From Phoronis australis (lineage: Eukaryota; Animalia; Phoronida), in assembly GCA_002633005.1 (NCBI GenBank), contig NMRA01000030.1, forward strand, positions 253,190-317,189: a stretch of DNA of 64,000 nt, written 5' to 3'. The position numbers and the translations under genes were made by a program. The notes below the pieces were generated by a model that was given only the letters and a program-made list of their open reading frames with translations, made no database searches and had not been told where the DNA came from. Each line of letters starts with the position of its first letter. The stretch's first letter is position 1. Positions 40,201 through 52,200 of the stretch are shown here, one piece after another.

Positions 40201-43200
40201 ATATAGATCTAGGGAGCACACACTAAGGTTGATATAGATCCAGGGGAGCACTCACCAAGTTTGATATAGATCTAGGAGAGCACAAACTAAGGTTGATATA
40301 GATCTAGGGTAGCACACACTAAGGTTGATATAGATCTAGGGGAGCACTCACTAAGGCAGGGATACACTTAGCCACTCACCCAGTCGCCAATGCGAGTAAA
40401 AATGGTGCTGGGCGAGTAGAAGCTGACTTGCCGGTCGCCCAGGTGGCGAGCGAATTTTCAGAGCGCAAAAGCAATATATCGTTTCCCAGATGAACATGAA
40501 TAAATTGTTTTCTCCTTGTGCTGTTTTTATCATGAATTTAAGGTTCAGTTGGGTCAGCGTTTCGATGCTCCGGCAGTAAAAAACATAACCGCAGTGCCTT
40601 CCTACTGATTCAGTAGAAGTCACCCGTTGCGCGATTCGTCTAGACACAGTGTGTGGTCGTGCACAAAAGAATTTTGTGGACTAGTCCGAAACGAGGAAAA
40701 GAGGGAAAGGCAAAGGACCGGTCCATGTGCTCACAGCAAGTGAAATACCATATTTCTTGGAACTGATTTCTTATTGTAATGTACAATGTCATTTTAGCCA
40801 AAATTATTTTATAAATAACAACATTCGTCCTAAGCACACATGCCCTTATAAGTGCTCCTCACTCGTTCTAAGACTGCTAAAATAAGCGCCCAGTCCATGA
40901 ACCTGTACATATGCGAAAAATGCCTTACCTACAGTTCTAAAATTCTACAGTTATGTCTTCAATTTAGCAATAATATCCCACAGTTTTGAAAAATCATTGT
41001 GCGTGGAATTTCTAGACCACGAGCCTCGCCACTATGTCAGTATTTAGCCGTGGCTGTACACTTCAAATTTCCGCAGTGCTTCAAAAAGAATGCAAAAGTT
41101 TTGCTGATCTTGCGAGGAACGTGTCCCATATGGTCAGGCCTTTCAGAACAGACGCAGCATACTTGTCAATGGGATAGTGGATGTGCGCACCCAGCTTAAA
41201 GCATAGGGTGCTCGAATTTGTCAGTGTGCGGACCTTTCAGTTAAAGAAATCGAGGACTAAATAAAAAAAACGGGGCCACTAGAATCAGAACCACAAATTG
41301 TGCATCCGCGCCGACTTCCCGTGGGATTTTGTGGACTTTTGTCTCGTTTACTTGGACTTTTTGTTTCACTGAGGCGGACCTTTTTTCCCAATTCGCCAAA
41401 TTGGGGGGCTCAGCGTTCGAGCCCCCCAAGCCCCCCTGGGTGCACCCATGTTGTATGGTATCTTTCCTGTACAAATCTTCGCCCTCAACAGGAGTCCAGA
41501 TTACTAAAGTTCGTACACGTAAAAATGGCAAAACGAAACTTGACCAGTGTTAATGAGCACATGGCCAAGAAGTGCGCGCTAGGGCCTACATATATGTGGG
41601 CCTGCTACTCTGGCAAATGAACTCTGATGACACGCAGGCGCTCACCCACTCGGCACACACCTGCAGACTAACTTCAAAACAAACATCACGTGACAACAAC
41701 GTGTGTGTTTGTCCAGATTTTTCTTGTGTTGCCGGGTGCGATCTAGCACACACTTGGACTTAATCTGGGGTTAATCCAGACTCCACAGGAACTTAAAAAT
41801 CTTAGGGACGCTATTTGGAAAACTTAAGGAGGAATTCAGGTTAATTTGTTGAGTCCAAACTGTATTTTTACTCAAGAATTCAAGCTGTCCTATCAACGAT
41901 CGCGAGGCAGCGACGTATCAGGCAGCATGTTTTCGCCCTGGGATGGCAGCAAGTTTGTGGTGACAGACGCAAACAGCTGGGCGGCTAATTTCGGGCTGGG
42001 TGAGTAAATTTTCTCGCTCACTAGTCCAGCTGGCGAGCAGGGATATGAAACCTGAGTATACCCCTGTAAGGTTGATATAGATCTAGAGCACAAACTAAGG
42101 TTGATATAGATCTAGGGTAGCACAAACTAAGGTTGATATAGATCTAAGGGAGCACACACTAAGGTTGATATAGATCTAAGGGAGCACACACTAAGGTTGA
42201 TATAGATCTAGGGGAGCACACACTAAGGTTGATATAGATCTAGGGGAGCACACACTAAGGTTGATATAGATCTAAGGGAGCACACACTAAGGTTGATATA
42301 GACCCAGGGGAGCCCTCGGTGAGGTTGCAAGCATTAAAGCCTAACCGTGTAATCTCACCAGTATATCATGTAGAAATGACCACCTCAGGCCAATGAATAG
42401 TGGCAAGGGTATGAATTGTTCACTTAGGCCAACACACTTACCTCTTTCTTGAGTCTGTAGTATTCATTTATTGCAGACTGATACTTGGGTGTTGTGATTC
42501 CCAGGACCCACGCCAGCTTCTCACCACAAAAGTCAATGGCTGCAATGAGTTACTGCCAATGCTAATTCAGCACATCAAAGAACCAAACAAAGGATTTCAT
42601 CTCAATAGACGGTCATTATTTTGCCAGCTTTCTGCTGGTGAGTACGTGTAGCTTGGTATCCACTTCCCATCAAAGAAATAAAATTTTGATTCAAACAACT
42701 TTTTTTCTAAATTTGGCCTCAGCTTCAAGGCTTCTTGTCAAAGAGCCTATTGGCTTATAGCTTTTGCCTTCAGGCTAAAACCAGATTACACATGGCTTAG
42801 CCTATTTGTGGAAAATCAGGCACAGCCTAGTGAGAATATCTTTTAATAACTGAAGACAGAAATCAGCAATCTGCTCGAATGGACAGAAACAAACGTTTCA
42901 AGAAATGAATGAGACAGAAAAATCAACCTTTGGATATTCGTAGTAAGATTTTTTTATTTTTGTTGAAGTCAAAAGACAAAAGCAAACAATCTCTCCAAGA
43001 AACAGGTCCCTGGGCTTCATGTACAGCAAATTAGCAACAATTAAGTCAATTTAATCCAAAACCAGAAAGCATAAAAACTAGTGTCAGTTTTGATCACATT
43101 ATGTTGTCCTGTTGTGCCCTAACCCTATTGCTTACTAGCCCTGTTCCACCCCAACCCTGTTGTTTACTAGCCCTGATGTGCCCTAACCCTGTTGCTTACT

Positions 43201-46200
43201 GGTGCTCTTATGCCCTAGCTTCAGCTCTCAGGCACTCGTCAGGCCAACATCTACTACTCACCTGCCAGAGTCTTCACTGCTGTGAACACTGTGTAGTACC
43301 AGAACCATGGGCCCCAGGTCAGCTCTTTCTGTAAACACAAACGTGGAATGTAGCACCATCAGACACTGATTTCACTCACAAATTTTCGACACGCCAGATT
43401 ATTTTTGAGTGGGGTGTTGCTGAAGAATTAGGATGCACACCCCTTTAGAGACGGACACTAAAGAGTCTTCATTTACAAGTATATTCCACAAAGGACACCT
43501 TTCCACAGCTTTTGTTTCAGTACCAATGCCCCTTTTTCCCCTTTTGTTAAGATTATACCAGAATTCACCATTTTGTTAGAAATTCAGTCGGATAATGTCC
43601 CACTGATGGAGAACCTGGCCATCAAAAACCAACCAATTTGAGAATAAATAGTGAACTACACAAGCCAGGTTAAAATGGAATTTCAGAATACACCACAATA
43701 ATATTCACATTTGCTTTTGGGCTACGTTGTGTATAAGAAAATAGTGACAGTATTGAAAAACGTAGACCATAGACATTAAACTTGGTTTTAAGTGCTTTTT
43801 TACAGGTTAAAGTGACCTTTAATCATTACCGCAACGACTAAAGATAACCAGTATTGAACAAGTGAAAAATAAAGTTCATCAACTTGTCTCAAATTAAACA
43901 CATCAAACACATCTATAATCATGATGGCTGAACTAACACGTGATTTAGTCAGACTTTCAACCACTACTTCAATCGTTGCAAAATACTGATTGAAATCGAC
44001 AGCCTGTCACCTACTAAAAACTGGATTTCAATAGAGCACCTGCTGAGACCATGGACTGTGATGAAGCGAATGCCATAGCATTAGTGTACCCACGATCAAC
44101 AGTGTACCCACGACCAACAGTGTACCCACGACCAACAGTGTACCCACGACCAACAGTGTACCCACGATCAACAGTGTACCCACGATCAACAGAGTACCCA
44201 CGATCAACAGTGTACCCACGATAAACAGTGAACCCACAATCAACAGTGTACCCACCATCAACAGTGTACCCACCATCAACAGTGTACCCATCATCAACAG
44301 TGTACCCACGATCAATAGTGTACCCCTGATTGACACTTATAATTTTCATTGAAGAAACAAGTATTCAATGGTCTTACCCGTTACACTGAATTTCGTTCAA
44401 GTCTCAGATGTAAGCAACTTGCACTGTCAACATGCCATTTTGTTTACTGAATCACACGTGCTCGAGATCTTGCTTTTTGAATGAGGCTATTAACAAGTTG
44501 AAGTAGCAGAGGAAGCAGACGACGGCAAGTTTTCATTTATGACAAATTCACAAATTTGAAGCAGAAACATACACTAAATAGGACTTAAAATTCTCAAATT
44601 TTAAAATTAATTAAATAAATTAGTACTTGTCGTGAAATCACAACATCAAGAGACGCGCTTTCTGAACGGATGAGTAATAGGGTAATTGTGGGTACACTTT
44701 TTGTGAGCCAAGTGAGTTGTCATCTATTGCTTGCAAAATTTTAGTCTCAGTCAATTTTCTTTTAGGTGACACAATTTAAAAGTACAGAAAACCGAATAAG
44801 CTTTCCAGAGATGCCACAGAATTTATTGGATGAAAGAGCAAAATATTATTAATAAGAAAAGGTGTTGAAAATGGGTTAATTTACAATAATATTTCACTGA
44901 ACACTTCTAACTGTGAAGTGTTTTGGATTGGTTAAAATAACCATCAAAGCAACAATTAAAACACCCATGTAAGTAACAGTGATTAAAAATACCGTAGAAA
45001 AATAAATCTTACACACATTAAACCTGTATATAAATTAGTGAATAAGACGCACTGTATTAACTTGAGGTTGGGGTTGTGAGTCCACCTCATCTTCCTCATC
45101 AGTTGAATATTCTTCCAATGTGCCGTCACTGAAATGCAAGATCCTGCGAGGCACTTTCTTTTTCTTTCCTTTTTCTAGAGATTCAAGGGGAACATCTGAG
45201 TATCTTACCCCAGTCTGGAACAGATAAATGAATATACTACAATGACTTTATATTTTTACTTAGGGTAACAGTGAACCCTGGAGGTATCCTTTCACATTTT
45301 TACTTAAGGTAATAGTGAACCCTGGAGAAGTCCTTTCACATTTTTACTTAAGGCAACAGTGAACCCTGGAGGAGTCCTTTCACATTTTTACTTAAGGTAA
45401 TAGTGAACCCTGGGCCTGGTCTCCAATCTTTTACTCGAAATGGAACTCGAAATTAGGTTTGGCATTTTCTACTCTACTTTTGGGCAAACTCAAGATAAGT
45501 GTCTATTATTCTATGCTCGAGTACACAATAACTTACGTAGATAAGTTATTGCCCTTAGTCCACAGTTTGTAAACCCAATATTAAAGCAATAAGTTCGAGT
45601 TTGAACTCGAAATTTCGAGTTTTTACTCAAGTTTGTAGCACGAATATAAGGGTCTTCAAGGGCAAACTTGAACTAGAAACTTCTATGCATAAACTATAAT
45701 GTATTCGAGCACAGTTTGATAACCAATTATCTTAAGTTCGCACAAAAGGAGCAGAGAAATTGCCAAAAATAGTTTCGAGTTCGTTTCGAGTACAAAGATT
45801 AGAGACCGGGCCCCGGAGAAGTCCTTTCACATTTTTACTTAAGGCAACAGTGAACCCTGGAGGAGGCCTTTCACATTTTTACTTAAGGTAATAGTGAACC
45901 CTGGAGAAGTCCTTTCACATTTTTACTTAAGGCAACAGTGAACCCTGGAGGAGTCCTTTCACATTTTTACTTAAAGGTAATAGTGAACCCTGGAGAAGTC
46001 CTTTCACATTTTTACTTAAGGCAACAGTGAACCCTGGCGGAGTCCTTTCACATTTTTACTTAAGGTAATAGTGAACCCTTGAGCACATTTTACTTAAGGT
46101 ATCAGTGAATCCTGGAGAAGTATTTTCACATTTTTACTTAAGGTAACGGTGAACCCTGGAGGAGACCTTTCACATCTTTACTTAAGGTAACAGTGAACCC

Positions 46201-49200
46201 TGGAGAAGTCCTTTCACATTTTTACTTAAGGTAATAGTGAACCCTAGAAGAGTCCTTTCAGTTTTTGTGTAATGTAACAAAGACAAATACAGCTGCTATT
46301 TTTTACAAAAATACCTTACGTTTTGCGAGTTGATTTGTCATAGAAACCGAACAAAAAGACTAACCAAAAACTCTTTACAGCATTTTTGAGGCAACTGGTG
46401 AAGTTTTCATTTAAAAAAGTTTTCATTAAAATCAACCAAGGGGTAATTTTTCTATGAATGTACCTTCTTAAAATGAAATTTTGACTTAAAAAAAGGTGTT
46501 ACCGGAATAATAATGGAACATATAAAACATATTTTTATATTCCCTGATTCAGAAAATATATACTGTCTTTTACTAGTTGAGAAACCTAGTTTTATATATA
46601 CGAGTTAGAATGGAGGCCGTTAAATAAAGTTTCAGACAACCTTAAAACTTTCCAAAGTAGAAAGCCATTGAAAATTTCAAGTTTTAGTAATGGGTAAAAC
46701 AGCTTTTAAATCTCTCTGTGTGGTAATTTCTTGGTTAATACAGACTGTAATTTCAATCAGAAATTTCAATTTGACAGGCTTCACTTAAATTAACGCATTT
46801 CTTAATTTCACATAATAATCAAAAAGTTAAAAGGTAATGCTGCTGTAACTCTTAATAAGACAGACTGTGTAAATTTGTTGGCAACACCAAAAAGGTCGTT
46901 GAAGACTCAAACTGCCTCGACACTAAAACAAATATGCAGATTATTGGAAAGATGCAACCATTCTGAAAATATAGCAGTAATTGGTACAACAAACTATTGG
47001 CAGATCTTGCATTATGGTTATAAAGTTTTTGACACGTGAATGGCATTTGGACATTCGATACAGTTTCTTCAAGAGCCGTTTTTCCGATAAAGTAATTACA
47101 GGATACATTTTAATAATTATCATCATCAAAAGTTATTTTGAGTACAAATGCAGTTCACCAAGGAGTCAATGACTTCTAAATAATGAGTTGAAATTTCACA
47201 ATATTTTCATGAAGTCTTTGTAATCATGCCACAGAATGACCACCATTGTGCTGTCGGATGTTCAAATGATTCAGAAAAATGCCCAGCATTTCAAATTGTC
47301 CAGGTTTATCAACTCGGCACATTTTTCACACCAGAATTGGTAAATACATACAGTTGTAGTGATGTTTAGTAGACAGTTTTCAAAGGTGTACTGAAGCATT
47401 GCACAAATGTCAACATTCTACACTGTTGGTTAAAAAACAGCAGAACTATACAAACCATGAAAACAACCAGATCAAAATATACACGGAATTTGGGTTAAGA
47501 ACAATTTGGCAGCCCTTCTTTTTGTCAAACTTTGTGGAACACAACAAAGTTTCCGATCAATAACTTTCAATGATATGACGGTTGGTCGCAGCACTGCAGT
47601 GAAGCAGACGGCAAAGAGACATAAGAAAATTACTGTATGACAGCTGTATTTCCAGACTGTTTTTGCTTCATGGTTCTCATTTCTGACTGAGGATGAGACA
47701 AGAACACTCTCGGAAAGTAGCAGTCATTTTAATTCTTAATTTTCTTATGTCTCTTGGCCATCTGCTTTAGTGTTTCGCTACGACCGTAAAAAGATACAGA
47801 GAGTTCAGGAAAATATCGTAGAAAATTATTAATTGTGAGCTTTGTTGTGTGTGCAACAAATTTTAAATTTGGCTTGACAATAACATTGATAATGTAATGT
47901 GTCTATTTTTTTAACAGCAACTGAAAGCTTAACCATATAATATGTTGCTGAACAGCTTAAGTTGACTTTTGTCTTGTTCAGTTTAAGTGTTAAAATGTAA
48001 TAAACATCTACTCAGGGAGTAAAAATGAAATGACAACTCTGAACTTATTGATTTGACATTCATGCGAAGCAGAAAAAGAAGTCCCCTGGTTCTTGTTTGA
48101 AGTACTACTGTTTTCAGATATCTACTACACGTATCTGGGAAGAGAAGAAAAGTAGTCCCCAGGTTCTAGCTAGAAGTACCATTGCTTTCAGGAATCAACT
48201 ACCAGGGAGCAGATAAAACCATAACCAACAAAGGTAAAAACAACATGCATACAAGTCTTTTATCACCACTTGTACAAATCCAGACCACATTTTCCAATGG
48301 AAATTGAAATTTTTATGAAATACCCAAGGTTCATAATTACCAAAACATGAGATTTTTCTGATTTCTGAAAAAAAGATATTTGAATTTTACATCAATAAGT
48401 TATATTGTGTGACTGCACACAACTCTGTCAATGAAATAGCCAATCAAACGCTAGCATCAAGCTGGCAAAGTTCTGTTATGTTCCTTATTTAAGATGAGGC
48501 AAAACACCGTGGAAACACATTATCAGACATTACGTTGAAACTGACTAAGACTTTCAAATTTATTTGTTAATTTTCTTTTACCTTAAAAGCCCCACAGAAT
48601 AGTTCTATCAAGCACTGCACCAAGCAGATATAATCTTGAAATCAAAGTACAATTTGACATTATTCATTGGGAGATTCCAAGGTTCATACTTTTATGGGTA
48701 ACAGAAGATACAAAGATGTTTACATGGTGAGGCTGTTAATTCCTGTATCTAGAAGAATTCCTCCAACTAACACTCAGGGTCTAGACATGGAAAATAACCG
48801 TTGAGGACATCTGAGCAACATACTCCAAAAAACTCGCCAAATAAAAAATGAAAATATAACTCTGTCTGTGTTTGATGTCTATCATCCCTACACAGTGTAC
48901 AGTGGATCAAACCAGTACATGAATGTCATCTACAGAACATTGCAGCATGTCCATCACATTTTCATGCCAAAGTGTCATCTCCCACAGGCAATATACTGCA
49001 TAGGGTTACACGGTAGTTATGCACCGATCTAGCCAGCCAGCTAGCTGTGTATGACTGAACATCGAAATCCAGCTAGTGAATGATAGGGGTTAAAAGTTTG
49101 ACAATTTAAGCTTTCTCGGTTCACAACAACTCTAATTGCAGTTTTCTCACAACAAAACTTACATCAAAATCTAACATCTGATGTCCAACCAGGCACAAGG

Positions 49201-52200
49201 TTTTGCAATTTGGACATTTAAATGACACCAATATATTAATTACGGTCGTTTAAAAGAAACAATCATTTTCTTACATCACTCTCCAGTAACAAAGAAAATC
49301 ACAGGTCGATCTCAAAACAGTACGCTCATGACCAGTGTATGTGCCATTTTATCAATTCTTAGTTTATCTAAGAGACATCTTTTGGCAGGGAGGACAACTT
49401 CACTGAAGCAAAATTTTCTAAGAATTTCAGTTCTCTGGAAGTAACATACTCATAAATATTAACAGCGTACAATCACAACTAATAGTTTGTTATGATCTGG
49501 GGATAATCTTGTGAAAAAGTACAGTGGATTGAAGAATCGTCGAAAATAAAAATTGGCTAAAAGATGACAATCAATTTCATGGCACTTAAATCTGACTCGT
49601 GATTGATCGACAAACTAAACTGCAAAATAACCAACTAACGTCACTTTTTTCGCAAATACAACTTTGCACCAACACTAAAACCAAACTTGAACTGTCTATT
49701 GTATAATAAATATTGTTTAATGTGCTTTATTTTATCAATCAAAAAGTAAATCTGTACTAAACATTACCATAACAGGATCATCACCTCTACATTTTCAGTG
49801 CCCACAAACCGTGCTTAGCCTAGACCCAACAGGAAGTCAGGTGTAAGAATCTCACAAAGGAAGCTAGTGTGAGCAAGTTGTTTGCTTGTACTGCATGGCA
49901 ATATCTCATGAAGTGTTGCGTGATCTCCTCGCATCTACGGAACGCACACCTCTTCAATAGACATTATCACTGTCTGAACTAGACCAGTGGAGCTGGCTCA
50001 AACAGCAGTGATTCTACACATGATCAGGGCTGCTAGTGCGTTAAATATGTTATCTGTAACCTTCAAATTAAAAATCTTCTGTATTTTGCAAGTGAAAACT
50101 TGGATGATTTCCAACATTTTTAGAAAGCTACAATTTCAATCACAGGATAGACAGATACACACTAAAACAACAATTATCAAATTGAAATTGTGTTCAATTA
50201 AAAAAGCGAAATTACATTAACTCAGCGAGTTTCATCGATGTTTTCCATCTTTTGCTTTCGTCATGGTTAATATCTTCCCACACTACAACAGCCTCATCAA
50301 TCCCGATATCTCAAAGTTCCTGATCCATAACGGTGTTCTAGGCATCAGGGTTCTCAGTGTTGAAGACAGCTTGATTAAACACGGTTGCGAAAAATCACCT
50401 AGTCTAAGGTTTCCAACCTGGTACCTCTGATCTTGCTTCAATGCCAGGCATCTTATTAACCAGTCAACCAAACACCAATTGCTCACAGGCGAGTGATTAA
50501 GAGAGGCCTTTGTATTACTACACTCACTACAGATTCACCACACTCTTCTCCATCCAATGGCAATGTTTAGGGGTAACACCGCCTGGAACTCAACATCAGA
50601 TTGCCCCCTTCTACATCCCCCTCCTTCTCCTCAGCCATTATGGCACTATCAACTCAGGAGGCTGTGTGGTATCTTTCCGCCGTTTCTGAGTATGTACCGT
50701 TGTTGAGCGCCAATGTAGTGAAAAATCTCCTACTCCTAGTCCAAGTTTCGAACCTTATACCTCTTGCTTCAATGCCAGGTGTCTTAACCAGTGGACCAAA
50801 GACCAAAGGCGAGTGATTAAGAGAGGCCTTCCTCCCGTTCAGTAACGCTAGGACCTCGCTAAAAAGCAAGACATCGCGAGATGATGTGAGACACTGCCGT
50901 GTTTTTCAAAGGAGAGCACGTGGCGTTAGCTGGATTTTAGTTGGGTCCTAGCGTAGGTCCTAGCGTTACTGAACGCACGCCTTTTAATACATCGCTACAC
51001 TCACTGTAGCCTTGGTACAAAGCTGTATATAAATATACAGCTTTGCACCGATGTGGGTAAAAAAGTGGTAAGATAAAATCTGACACAAAATTAGTGTCAT
51101 TAAAAACTACAGTCTTCCTTGATTAAACAAAATTATTTAACAGTGTTGGAAAAAATGGCGTTCTACCGTTATTCTGCTGTTAAAGTTGTGGAGCAATCTT
51201 TGGCGATGGCTTTCGGCGCCATGAAATATTGCGTCACCTATTGGCCAGTTTCTTTTTTCACCGATTCTTCAATCAACTACTGCTATTTCATGAGCTTGCG
51301 TACACGTCACAACAAATTATTCACTTCATTATAATTTTTGAGTTTCGATACCGAAAAAACGAATTTCAGAACAAACTTTGCTTCTCCGAAGTTGTCGCAA
51401 TAATTTAGGAAATGGCGCGTGCGCGTGACACGAGCGTATTGTTTTCAAAATGACGACATACTTTTCATTGTTAGAAAAGGCGGAGAGTTATGCAAGAAAA
51501 TGACGTTTATTGCATTGTTTTTCACTTAAACGGCTGTAACTGGCAAGGTGAGTATCGATTGATTCACAGATTTTGCATGCACCCCGTCCGGTCTTTAGCT
51601 TTACATTTTGATACAAGTTTCACGGCGCAGTGACGAGCAGAACTACCTTGGCTGTGTGCAATTTCGGGGTCTACGGAAGAAATACACACAGTGGTACCTA
51701 GCTGTATTTTGACGACAGTCTTCATACAGCTAGCTGGCTGGTAGGCAATGAACATCGCCTCTGTTGGCCCAACCAGAGGCAATGCAGCTCCTATAGACGC
51801 TCCATACGCCGGAATCTTTTCAGCGAATTATGCCTCTCACTGGCTAAAGCATGAAAGTCACGTTGTTATAAATACCTTTTGCACATAGAGGGACACCTTA
51901 GGAGGTTGTCGTGTGTTTAATTCCTTCCAACTCGAACAAATACTTCCGTTATCGAACTTTTTGTTCGAGCAGTCACTCGTTCAGTTGCCAAAATCATGAA
52001 CTCACCATTTTTATACTGCGCACGCTCCAATTTTTACCGTGCTCGCTAGGTGATGTGACTTCATGACCTCAATTTTTAAATATGCCAAAAGTGATCCACT
52101 GCGGTCTTGTCAGTCAAATGTTCATTTCCAAAATGCCACCACTAGTTGTCTTTAATTGGCGTTACTTGAAACTGATTGTATTTCAATGAATTATTGTTTG

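Noticed and set aside
39920-42312. CRISPR-like regular 32-bp repeats
   Set aside because: Units are contiguous with no unique spacers, the context is a eukaryotic intron, and there are no cas genes
44014-44349. Repetitive ORFs (RGYTVD)n / (VGTLLI)n resembling a structural protein
   Set aside because: Translation of an 18-bp intronic minisatellite; no splice or start context linking it to a gene
47226-47369. Short ORF MPQNDHHCAVGCSN..., resembling a THAP N-terminus
   Set aside because: Lacks the downstream W and CxxH THAP residues; too short to support
50215-50282. Candidate extra FAM177A1 exon on the minus strand
   Set aside because: Two of its ATG frames hit stops quickly and the donor is weak; exon 1 at 52917-52858 already joins exon 2 in phase
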